Virus record (IMG/VR): IMGVR_UViG_3300014205_000194
Location: 28,872-92,871 of that record
DNA length: 64,000 bases
DNA from: a virus
Taxonomy: Duplodnaviria > Caudoviricetes
Direction: 5' to 3' (one strand)
Below the pieces are notes generated by a model that ran no database searches, was not told the DNA's origin, and worked only from the letters and a program-made list of their open reading frames with translations. Of the stretch, positions 47,047-55,339 are shown piece after piece. A program made the translations under genes and the position numbers. How positions within the stretch are numbered: the first letter of the stretch is position 1; each line of letters starts with the position of its first letter.

Positions 47047-48597
47047 ATGAAACTTGATGCATTGGAAATTATTGATTTTTACAAAACCTCTCACCGCGAG
47101 CAATACCCCGAGGGTACTTCGCTTGTCTACAGCAACTTCACCCCACGTAGTGGTCGGTTGGCCCCGGTGCTCGATAGCTGGGACGAGAAGGTTGTTGTCT
47201 TTGGTATTCAATACCTATGTGAATACTTTTTGAAAGAAGTCTTCGACGAATCATTCTTCCTTCGTGAGAAGGCTGAGGTTGTTGAAGAATATAAGAGTCG
47301 AATGGACACTGCCCTCGGTAAAGACGCAGTTCCTGTAGACCATATTGAAGAATTGTGGGATTTGGGCTTCCTTCCAATTGAGATTCGTGCAATTGAAGAA
47401 GGGAATGTAATCCCAATGAAAGTCCCTGTGTTGACAATTAAGAACACCGGCAGCAAATACTTTTGGCTGGTGAACTATCTGGAAACATTAATCAGTAATG
47501 TCCTGTGGCATCCGATGACGGTGGCTACAATTGCTCGGGAATATCGCCGTCTGCTAGAGAAATATGCAGATGAGACCGGGGCGGCAAAGGAAGGTATTCA
47601 ATTCCAGGCACATGACTTCAGTTATCGCGGTGTCAGCAATCCATTCTCGGCTGCTGCCAGTGCCGGACATTTGTTGTCTTTTGTTGGAACTGACACTGTG
47701 CCAGCTATTCGGTTTATGGAACGGTACTATTTTGCTGATGCTGAGAAAGAGTTGATTGGGTGTTCTGTTCCGGCGACTGAACACAGCGTCATGTGCATGG
47801 GTGGTCAGGATGATGAGGTTGAAACTTTTAGGCGTTTAATTACTGATCTTTACCCCAATGGCATCGTCTCCATCGTTTCCGATACTTGGGATTTCTGGCG
47901 CGTCGTTACTGAATACGTATCTACTCTTAAAACTGAAATTCTTATGAGAGATGGAAAGGTTGTAATTCGTCCTGATAGCGGAGACCCGGTAAAGATTGTT
48001 TGTGGCTATGCGCGTTCAGAAGTTGTTTATCTACGCCACGTTGAGCTTGGTAATATTGAAGTACCACATTGTCGAATAACTGGTAATCGCTTATCTGAAG
48101 CAGAAGTCAAAGGAGCCATCAAATGCCTATGGGATGTCTTTGGTGGCACTGTAAACGACAAGGGCTTCAAAGAGCTTGATCCGCACATCGGCCTCATCTA
48201 TGGTGACAGCATTACCTTAGAGCGTGCTGAAGCCATCCTGGAGGGTCTGAAGGCTAAAGGATTTGCATCGAGTAATGTAGTCTTTGGAGTGGGTTCATTC
48301 ACATATCAGCACGTAACCCGAGATTGTTTTGGCTTTGCGATGAAAGCTACATACGGAGAGGTGAATGGGGTAGGTCGGGAAATCTTCAAAGACCCTAAGA
48401 CAGACTCGGGCACTAAGAAATCTGCTAAGGGCTTGTTGTGTGTTGATCTTGTTGATGGTGAGTATGTATTGAAAGACCAATGCACCGAAGAAGAAGCGGA
48501 GGGTGGTGAACTGAAGGTTGTATATCGTAATGGTGACTTGATTAATCCCGTGTCTTTGCAGACAATTCGTGAACGAGTAGTGGAGAGTTTGAAATGA
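47047..48597 (+). CDS. Nicotinamide phosphoribosyltransferase-like protein (NARP1 Namat-like)
   Basis: DFYKTSH, HDFSYRG, ATEHSVM, VSDTWD, RPDSGDP, YGDSIT, KKSAKG. Confidence 0.92.
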   Translation: MKLDALEIIDFYKTSHREQYPEGTSLVYSNFTPRSGRLAPVLDSWDEKVVVFGIQYLCEYFLKEVFDESFFLREKAEVVEEYKSRMDTALGKDAVPVDHIEELWDLGFLPIEIRAIEEGNVIPMKVPVLTIKNTGSKYFWLVNYLETLISNVLWHPMTVATIAREYRRLLEKYADETGAAKEGIQFQAHDFSYRGVSNPFSAAASAGHLLSFVGTDTVPAIRFMERYYFADAEKELIGCSVPATEHSVMCMGGQDDEVETFRRLITDLYPNGIVSIVSDTWDFWRVVTEYVSTLKTEILMRDGKVVIRPDSGDPVKIVCGYARSEVVYLRHVELGNIEVPHCRITGNRLSEAEVKGAIKCLWDVFGGTVNDKGFKELDPHIGLIYGDSITLERAEAILEGLKAKGFASSNVVFGVGSFTYQHVTRDCFGFAMKATYGEVNGVGREIFKDPKTDSGTKKSAKGLLCVDLVDGEYVLKDQCTEEEAEGGELKVVYRNGDLINPVSLQTIRERVVESLK

Positions 48598-48836
48598 GTA
48601 AACATGATGACGATGACTTAGTATTTCTTGGATGTTTGGAAGCAGTTGGTGTAGATAACTGGCAGGGTTATGATATTGCTAGAGATATGCTGTTAGAACA
48701 ACTATCCGAATGCGAAAAGGAACCAGAAGCATATGTAAAGGAGTTGATGCTTCTCGATTGCCTCATGGCTTGTGGTGTTGATAACTGGGAATGGTATGAA
48801 GAGGCGCAAAAGATGTTTCGGGAGTGTTTGAGATGA
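48594..48836 (+). CDS. Small protein with a duplicated CL.A.GVDNW..Y motif
   Basis: CLEAVGVDNWQGY and CLMACGVDNWEWY. Confidence 0.7.
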   Translation: MSKHDDDDLVFLGCLEAVGVDNWQGYDIARDMLLEQLSECEKEPEAYVKELMLLDCLMACGVDNWEWYEEAQKMFRECLR

Positions 48837-49060
48837 AATTTAAAGAGGTGGGAGATAGTAGTAAATTTAAACCAATCACAGTCGAGCTGACGTTCGAAAG
48901 TGTCGATGAATTGTGTAATATGTGGAATAGGCTGGAGATCGCCGATGATATCATAACTGAACATTCAGTTAGTGGTGTTCCTATAGGTATCGACAATTGC
49001 TATGACTTGTGGCGTTTTATCGATAACAAATTAGTTGAATTGGGGGTTAAGATTCGGTGA
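48833..49060 (+). CDS. Hypothetical protein, paralog of 45871
   Basis: FKPITVELTFESVDELCNMWNR. Confidence 0.65.
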   Translation: MKFKEVGDSSKFKPITVELTFESVDELCNMWNRLEIADDIITEHSVSGVPIGIDNCYDLWRFIDNKLVELGVKIR

Positions 49061-50001
49061 AGTATTTGGTAGCGGGTGGTGCTGGATTTCTGGGTTCACA
49101 TTTAGTCAAAGAATTGTTAGACGGTGGCAACGATGTTATCGTCGTCGATAATCTATGTACCGGGAATATGTGTAATATTCAAGAACATTTCAAGAATGAT
49201 AAATTTAGTTTCTGGTGTATGGATATCAGGGATTTAGATGTGCGTCAGTTTAATTTGCGACTCGACGGTATATTCAACATGGCGTGCCCGGCGTCGCCGT
49301 TGCATTATTTTAGGATCCCTGTAGAAACACTAATGACATCTGTCCAAGGAACCTATAATCTATTGCGCATTGCTGATGAACATGGCGCAAGAATTCTTCA
49401 TACTTCTACGTCCGAAGTCTATGGAGACCCGCTGGTACACCCACAAACAGAAGAATATTGGGGTAATGTTAATCCCTATGGTATGCGTTCTTGTTATGAT
49501 GAAGGTAAACGAGCCGCCGAGGCTCTGATGCATGACTTCAGAGACAACTATGGTACAGACACCAGAGTCGTTCGTATCTTTAACACGTATGGTCCTAATA
49601 TGGATGTCGATGATGGGCGAGTAGTATCTAATTTTATTGTTCAGGCTCTTCGAGGCGTTCCTATCACAATTTGTGGCGATGGTACGCAGACTCGTTCATT
49701 TTGCTATGTATCTGACTTGATCCGTGGAATTTGGGCGGTCTTCGATAGTGACGTACACAGTCCATTGAACATAGGTAATCCTGTAGAATTTACGATGAAC
49801 GAATTGGCAGAAATTGTCATCCACAAAACAAATTCCAAATCTATCATTAAATATGTAGAATTACCAAAAGATGATCCGAAACAACGTAAACCTGATATAA
49901 GCAGGGTTACAACGCATACTGGATGGAGTCCTTCTATTCAGTTAGAACAGGGAATTGAGCTTTCGATTCCTTATTTTGAAGAAGCACTAAAGAGGAAATG
50001 A
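49057..50001 (+). CDS. uxs: UDP-glucuronate decarboxylase (UDP-xylose synthase)
   Basis: GGAGFLGSHL, ACPASP, STSEVYGDP, RSCYDEGKR, DDPKQRKPDI. Confidence 0.92.
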   Translation: MKYLVAGGAGFLGSHLVKELLDGGNDVIVVDNLCTGNMCNIQEHFKNDKFSFWCMDIRDLDVRQFNLRLDGIFNMACPASPLHYFRIPVETLMTSVQGTYNLLRIADEHGARILHTSTSEVYGDPLVHPQTEEYWGNVNPYGMRSCYDEGKRAAEALMHDFRDNYGTDTRVVRIFNTYGPNMDVDDGRVVSNFIVQALRGVPITICGDGTQTRSFCYVSDLIRGIWAVFDSDVHSPLNIGNPVEFTMNELAEIVIHKTNSKSIIKYVELPKDDPKQRKPDISRVTTHTGWSPSIQLEQGIELSIPYFEEALKRK

Positions 50002-50285
50002 TTATGCATAATTTTAATTCGATCTATTCGGCACTGCAACACAGCGTCTGTACCGTTAAATTCAAGAAAGCGAGTGGCGAGACTCGTACCATGAACTGCA
50101 CTCTTCAGAATTCCCACCTTCCAGAAGAGTACCGCAATCGTAGTAGCGTCTTAGCCGAACCCGGTGCAACCCCAGACAAGATTTCTGTATGGGACGTGGA
50201 TGCTAATGATTGGCGTGCATTCTTGGTATCTTCGGTTACTGATTTTAGTGACCCTGCTAGCAAACAAGGTATGCTGCTCGGATAA
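49998..50285 (+). CDS. WYL/SH3-like fold protein
   Basis: VKFKKASGETRTMNCTL...VWDV...WRAF. Confidence 0.7.
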   Translation: MIMHNFNSIYSALQHSVCTVKFKKASGETRTMNCTLQNSHLPEEYRNRSSVLAEPGATPDKISVWDVDANDWRAFLVSSVTDFSDPASKQGMLLG

Positions 50286-50295
50286 ACTCCAATAG

Positions 50296-50363
50296 AATCA
50301 ATAAGTTACGAACAGCCCTTTGAGCTCACTTAAAGGGCTTTTTCTTTATAAATCAATAACTTA
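50296..50363 (+). promoter_or_regulatory. Pair of direct IHF-consensus boxes
   Basis: AATCAATAAGTTA (50296) and AATCAATAACTTA (50351). Confidence 0.5.
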
Positions 50364-50437
50364 CATGAAATCACTTAAAAGAAGCCGATTTTATCTGTAT
50401 CCAGGGCACCAGAATACCTACATAACCCAAATAATAG

Positions 50438-50466
50438 TTGACTCTATAGGATGTGGTGTATATAAT
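50438..50466 (+). promoter_or_regulatory. Sigma70-type promoter
   Basis: TTGACT-N17-TATAAT. Confidence 0.75.
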
Positions 50467-50497
50467 AGCCAAATCAACAACCAAGAGGCGATCCATT

Positions 50498-51583
50498 ATG
50501 GATACTTCAAAGCAAAAAGAAATACGTCGCAAGTTGCTTGGCAATGGTGACGAGCCCAGTTGGAACTCCCCGATCGAATGTACCTTCTCTGAAGTGGCCC
50601 TGGCCATTCGTTGGTACAATGATAACAAAGACGATAAGTTCGCAGCGAAATTACTCAAGTGTGATGCCAAGAAGGCACGTGCGTACACATCGCTGGCGTG
50701 GGGTAAGCGATTGGTAGAGCGTGGGTTTGTGCTCCCAACAAAGTCGCTTAACACAATTAAAACAATGCAGGAAAAGTTTGACGCCGACACTGGTCAGGCG
50801 GTAGAATATGACCAGGACGGTAATGTAATCTCCACGAAGCCAGTTAACGTAAAAACCAAAATTGAAGAGGGTATTAGCGCGAAGTTAGACTTCTTTATTG
50901 GTGAACTGGAAGGCTTCTTGGATGAATATGTGGCTAATAGGTCTGCGTTCAAAGCGTATGAGTGGATGGTAGAGAACGAAGTCAAATCCACCCATGCTAA
51001 GGTGATCGTTGACCATTTCGCGACCCGAGCCAAGGAGCTAATGCAGGCTGATGCTGGTACTGATGAAGAACTGAAAGAAGGGTATTCTAACTTCACACGT
51101 AACAGACTACGCGACGTCATCGTCTTTGTCGCTAACATTATCAAAGATGCCAAGAAAATCGACACCAATCAAAAGGTATCTAAGGTACGTGCCCCTAGGA
51201 AGAAGAAAGCGGTATCCGTCGATAAAGTAGTGTCTAAGTTGAACTACAAGGCGAGCGACACCGAATTCAAGCTGAAATCGGTCAGTCCTGCCTCGATCCT
51301 GGGTGTTGATCAGCTCTGGGTGTTCAACACCAAGACCCGGAAACTCGGTGTGTATAAGGCAGCAGGTACCGCGGGGTTGAGTGTGAAGGGCTCTAGAATC
51401 ATGGGCTACGACGAGACACAGTCTGTATGCAGGACCCTACGTAAGCCCGAGGGCGTGCTAGAGGGTATCGTGACAGGCGGTAAGCTAGTGCTACGTAAGG
51501 CCCTAGATAAGCTGACCACCAAGGAAACGACCCTCAATGGCCAGATCAACGGCGACACTATCCTGCTACGTGTTGTGAAATAG
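50498..51583 (+). CDS. Conserved hypothetical protein of large T4-like phages
   Basis: Long ORF behind a strong promoter; LWVFNTKTRKLG...TLRKPE...NGQIN. Confidence 0.75.
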   Translation: MDTSKQKEIRRKLLGNGDEPSWNSPIECTFSEVALAIRWYNDNKDDKFAAKLLKCDAKKARAYTSLAWGKRLVERGFVLPTKSLNTIKTMQEKFDADTGQAVEYDQDGNVISTKPVNVKTKIEEGISAKLDFFIGELEGFLDEYVANRSAFKAYEWMVENEVKSTHAKVIVDHFATRAKELMQADAGTDEELKEGYSNFTRNRLRDVIVFVANIIKDAKKIDTNQKVSKVRAPRKKKAVSVDKVVSKLNYKASDTEFKLKSVSPASILGVDQLWVFNTKTRKLGVYKAAGTAGLSVKGSRIMGYDETQSVCRTLRKPEGVLEGIVTGGKLVLRKALDKLTTKETTLNGQINGDTILLRVVK

Positions 51584-51637
51584 ATAGGTAGATCACTAAA
51601 TACCTCTTGTATATCAACGTACAAGAGGTTATGCTAG

Positions 51638-52105
51638 GTGTTAAAGTTCTATGGTAAGCTGAGTAAGAGCGACAAACAATACCTAAGGGAAGCCGCTCAG
51701 TTTGCTATGAATAGATTTTTCAGTAGTAAGGAACAGGATAAAATACACATCAACGTTAGGGTAGTAGAAACACACGAAGATGGTTGGAAGGGTGAGTGTG
51801 TAGTTGATGGTAAAAGGGGTGGTATAAGGTACTTTACAATCTACGTGGTAACGGATATAATGGATACTGAAGTAGCATTGAGTACCTTGTTCCACGAGCT
51901 AGTACACGTTAAGCAGTTCTTCAGGAATGAGTTAAAGGTATATGCCAACGGTAATTCGAAGTTTGTTGGTAGGCTATTCAAGGAAGACTATGATTATTGG
52001 GATCTGCCCCATGAGATAGAGGCATATGGAATGACTCCGGGGCTTATGTTTAAATTTTCTGAATACATGCGAGAGAAACAAAATGAGCAAGCAAAATCGT
52101 TCTAA
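51638..52105 (+). CDS. Zinc metallopeptidase-like protein
   Basis: HELVHVKQ, YWDLPHEIEAY. Confidence 0.8.
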   Translation: MLKFYGKLSKSDKQYLREAAQFAMNRFFSSKEQDKIHINVRVVETHEDGWKGECVVDGKRGGIRYFTIYVVTDIMDTEVALSTLFHELVHVKQFFRNELKVYANGNSKFVGRLFKEDYDYWDLPHEIEAYGMTPGLMFKFSEYMREKQNEQAKSF

Positions 52106-52250
52106 GTCAAACGAAGACTTCTACTACGATGATGAACATGAGTACAAGAAGGACTCCAAGAAAAAACACAAGCATCGGCAGTGCACACATACCGAGCGCA
52201 GTGACTATAAGAACGGCGACTGGTACAAGTCCAAAGACCGAGACGAATGA
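52083..52250 (+). CDS. Small charged protein (55 aa)
   Basis: MSKQNRSKSNEDFYYDDE...; below the ORF-track cutoff. Confidence 0.5.
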   Translation: MSKQNRSKSNEDFYYDDEHEYKKDSKKKHKHRQCTHTERSDYKNGDWYKSKDRDE

Positions 52251-52340
52251 TGAATATCAATAGAGTTTCTGTTTCCCGAAGAATATAACAACCACGAAGA
52301 TGCAATTGTCAGAATAGATTGCCAGTTAATTATCGAGGAC

Positions 52341-52820
52341 ATGATGACGAATTCAGTGACGGAAGATAAGTATGTTTGGGGCCCTGCCGCGGAAGATGGG
52401 GTTTGGCGTTGTAGTCGTCGAGGCAACCCGCTCTCACTGGTAGCCGAGGTAAAGCGCCAGCCCGACGATACCTGGAGCAAGTATATCGTCGGCAACTCAT
52501 CAATTCCGCTTGGTCGATATCCGGATGCTAGTAGCGCAATGAATGCAGCCGAGGTTGAATTGGATAGACCCCCGGTCGGTAACTATTGGGTTTCTGTTGG
52601 TGTTCGTACATCTGCATATTGCGCGCCCAACGGCAAGGTGCTCGGCGAAGTAGATGGGCCGGCGCTCGGTAGCCAATATTTCTATGCATCAAATGCATCC
52701 GGCAGATCATTCGGGAAGTTCGTTAACCTCGAATCGGCTAAGAAAGAAGTTGAGGTTCAACTGAATCCACTATGCGCTCGTAGTTCAGTCTGGAGAGAAC
52801 AACTGACTTCTAATCAGTAG
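52341..52820 (+). CDS. Hypothetical protein with two similar halves
   Basis: GAGGA RBS; LGRYPDASSAMNAAE and FGKFVNLESAKKEVE; stop lies inside tRNA-Arg. Confidence 0.65.
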   Translation: MMTNSVTEDKYVWGPAAEDGVWRCSRRGNPLSLVAEVKRQPDDTWSKYIVGNSSIPLGRYPDASSAMNAAEVELDRPPVGNYWVSVGVRTSAYCAPNGKVLGEVDGPALGSQYFYASNASGRSFGKFVNLESAKKEVEVQLNPLCARSSVWREQLTSNQ

Positions 52821-52851
52821 GTCGCAGGTTCAAATCCTGCCGGGCGCGCCA
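52774..52851 (+). tRNA. tRNA-Arg(UCU)
   Basis: Acceptor GCGCTCG/CGGGCGC, anticodon arm ACTGA-CTTCTAA-TCAGT, TTCAAAT T-loop, encoded CCA. Confidence 0.93.
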
Positions 52852-52869
52852 TATTAAAGAGAGAATATC

Positions 52870-53049
52870 ATGAGTTGGTTATTGATTGTCATTTCGGTGC
52901 ATCACGGTATAACCAGATTCGCCAGCACAACGGTCCAACAGGATTTAACTGTACTAGGGCATTTCCAAACCAAGGCGGAGTGTGACGCAGCGGCATCGAG
53001 ACTAGCTAAGTATTCTACCACAAGTAATAAGTTCTATTGCGTAAATTAA
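52870..53049 (+). CDS. Small secreted/membrane protein (59 aa)
   Basis: Hydrophobic N-terminus, F.TK.EC..A...C pattern; lies between tRNAs. Confidence 0.55.
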   Translation: MSWLLIVISVHHGITRFASTTVQQDLTVLGHFQTKAECDAAASRLAKYSTTSNKFYCVN

Positions 53050-53050
53050 T

Positions 53051-53127
53051 GCCCGAATAGTCCAACTGGCAGAGACATGAGCCTTAAACGTTCATCAGTG
53101 TGGGTTCGAATCCCACTTCGGGTACCA
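53051..53127 (+). tRNA. tRNA-Leu(UAA) with short variable region
   Basis: GCCCGAA/TTCGGGT, anticodon loop CTTAAAC, GTGGG-TTCGAAT-CCCAC, ACCA end. Confidence 0.88.
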
Positions 53128-53144
53128 AACATCGGGGTTATATA

Positions 53145-53408
53145 ATGAAAATTGTCATGATCGTTCATCGTTCTGATGGTTATACATATGCCTTCTCGGA
53201 AACATTCCCGGTCGTTTATGATTCCACAGAAAAGGCTCTTGTTGATTTTGAAAATAACTTGGTGGAGTCAGCAGGTAATACTTTTATGTTTCTGGGAGAA
53301 GAGTTTTACGCTTCCGATTTCACTAAGAGCAACGGGGAGCTAAATCCAGATGCATACCCAGAATTCCTAACAATAGATGAGTGGTTCTCTCAATATTCGG
53401 GCCTGTAG
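53145..53408 (+). CDS. Hypothetical protein
   Basis: DGYTY...PVVYDS...FLTIDEWF; stop lies inside the next tRNA. Confidence 0.7.
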   Translation: MKIVMIVHRSDGYTYAFSETFPVVYDSTEKALVDFENNLVESAGNTFMFLGEEFYASDFTKSNGELNPDAYPEFLTIDEWFSQYSGL

Positions 53409-53473
53409 CTTAAAGGTAAAGCGTGGAGCTCATAACTCCGGGAGTGCTGGTTCAATTCCAGCCAGGCCCACCA
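53399..53473 (+). tRNA. tRNA with CAU anticodon, probably Ile2 (lysidine type); elongator Met not excluded
   Basis: GGGCCTG/CAGGCCC with G1-C72 paired (not initiator), C4-G69 and C5-G68, loop CTCATAA, ACCA end. Confidence 0.85.
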
Positions 53474-53487
53474 ATCAAGGTAAAGCA

Positions 53488-53661
53488 ATGAAACAATATC
53501 CAACACTACCGGAAGAATTGAATAATTTCCTAATACAATGGAGGACAGAAGATGGTGATTTTTATCAGTCATCTTGTACAGAAAAAGAATACCTGGCGGT
53601 AGTTTCTAATCTAGTCAGAGACCCATATGTAGTATACTGGCGTTCTATTAAAATCTTCTAG
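53488..53661 (+). CDS. Hypothetical protein
   Basis: AAGGT RBS directly after the tRNA. Confidence 0.55.
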   Translation: MKQYPTLPEELNNFLIQWRTEDGDFYQSSCTEKEYLAVVSNLVRDPYVVYWRSIKIF

Positions 53662-53670
53662 GAGTTTATT

Positions 53671-54012
53671 ATGAGCTATGCATTGATAATCTATTTGATG
53701 GATGTTATTGGTAATATCGACGTTACTCTTGGCTTATTGCTATTCCTTTGTATTATCATGGCGGTTTTTGTTGGTGTGAATTATTTTGTTGATGGCAACG
53801 AAAGATGTGGGAAATGGTTTAAATCCCTTATTGGTGTTGTTTGCGTGTGTAGTATTTTACTGGTGTTGATCCCATCCAATAAAACAATGTATGCTATGGT
53901 CGGTGCCTCTGTTGCTCAGAAGATCATTGAAGATCCGCGCTCTAAAGAAATTAGTGACAAGGTACTGTTGATCGTCAACCAGAAATTGGATGGCACAATT
54001 AAGTCTAAGTGA
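53671..54012 (+). CDS. Membrane protein
   Basis: Two TM helices, IPSNKTMYAM motif. Confidence 0.75.
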   Translation: MSYALIIYLMDVIGNIDVTLGLLLFLCIIMAVFVGVNYFVDGNERCGKWFKSLIGVVCVCSILLVLIPSNKTMYAMVGASVAQKIIEDPRSKEISDKVLLIVNQKLDGTIKSK

Positions 54013-54050
54013 AAGATATATAAGAGTGAATTCGTTTTAATGAGGACGTT

Positions 54051-54899
54051 ATGAATAAGATTAAGGTAACTGAGTTGTTTACTTCGCTACAAGGCGAGGG
54101 TAGGTATGTGGGGGTACCTAGTGTATTTTTACGCACATTCGGCTGCAATTTTTCTTGTGCGGGCTTCGGCTGTGCGCCCGGGGAGAAATCCATAGAGGCG
54201 GATATCATCGCAAAGGATGTTCATTTATATGCTAATATAAATGATCTACCGCTCGCTAAGACTGGGTGTGATAGCTATATCTCTTGGCACCCGGCATTTA
54301 AGAATTTCAGTCCGTTCTATACCACAGGAGAGCTCGCCAAAAAGATTCAAGACATTCTACCTAATGGTAAGTGGCAGCAGAAATCCGGGAACTCGGTTCA
54401 TCTAGTGATTACTGGCGGCGAACCGCTTCTCGGATGGCAACGTGCTTATTTGGAACTGTTCAAAACACCGGAGCTAGAGGGGCTAGAGTACATTACGTTC
54501 GAGACTAATGGTACTCAACACCTATCGACCAATCTCAAAGAATATATCAGCAATGATCATAGACTATACACATTCTCCGTATCACCCAAACTATCATCTT
54601 CTGGTGAGCGCCGCGTAGACGCAATCAAGCCATCGGTTATCGAGGAATACAATGGGTATGGCATGACATATCTTAAATTTGTCGTAGAGACAGAACAGCA
54701 TATTGATGAGGTCGATGAAGTAGTCGAGCTTTATCGCGAGGCTGGGTTTGATGGTAATGTATATCTAATGGCAGTTGGTGGTACCGAGCAATCATATTTC
54801 GCGAATGCTACAAAGGTCGCCGATATGGCTCTGGCGCGTGGGTATTATTATTCGCCGAGGCTTCATGTAGACTTGTGGAAGAATGGGTGGGCGCGATGA
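54051..54899 (+). CDS. queE: 7-carboxy-7-deazaguanine synthase (radical SAM)
   Basis: SLQGEG, FLRTFGCNFSC...GCDS, ITGGEP, ETNGT, SPKL, SPRLH. Confidence 0.92.
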   Translation: MNKIKVTELFTSLQGEGRYVGVPSVFLRTFGCNFSCAGFGCAPGEKSIEADIIAKDVHLYANINDLPLAKTGCDSYISWHPAFKNFSPFYTTGELAKKIQDILPNGKWQQKSGNSVHLVITGGEPLLGWQRAYLELFKTPELEGLEYITFETNGTQHLSTNLKEYISNDHRLYTFSVSPKLSSSGERRVDAIKPSVIEEYNGYGMTYLKFVVETEQHIDEVDEVVELYREAGFDGNVYLMAVGGTEQSYFANATKVADMALARGYYYSPRLHVDLWKNGWAR

Positions 54900-55339
54900 T
54901 TAATTTTTCATGGGGCGGCATCGATACATATATTACCAGGCTGGAAAATCAGATTAAAACTAGCAACATTCCTGTCACGATGGTAGTAGGAGTTGCTCGC
55001 GGTGGATTAATACCCGCCATTATGTTGAGCCATCGACTAGGTGTAGAGTTCGATATGATCTGCTGGCAGACTCGCGATGGTAGTTTTCGAGATATCGAAA
55101 AGGTATGTAACCTAAATAAGGGTACTTTGATAGTAGATGATATATGTGACAGCGGTCGCACTATTACCGAGATCAAAGAAATGAACCCTAACCTGATGTA
55201 TGCAGTGATCGTCGATAAACTCGAAGATTCAATCGTTGATTTCTATGGCTGTTCGATGTATACTGAAGAATGGATTCATTTTCCATGGGAACGAGACGTA
55301 GAGCAAAAAACAAATTATATAGGAGCAATAAATGAGTAG
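54896..55339 (+). CDS. Purine phosphoribosyltransferase (Gpt-like)
   Basis: VARGGLIPA, LIVDDICDSGRT, WIHFPWE. Confidence 0.9.
   Translation: MINFSWGGIDTYITRLENQIKTSNIPVTMVVGVARGGLIPAIMLSHRLGVEFDMICWQTRDGSFRDIEKVCNLNKGTLIVDDICDSGRTITEIKEMNPNLMYAVIVDKLEDSIVDFYGCSMYTEEWIHFPWERDVEQKTNYIGAINE

Noticed and set aside
53100-53144. ORF-track N-terminal extensions at 53100 and 53377
   Set aside because: They run through tRNA genes; downstream ATGs at 53145 and 53488 have RBSs
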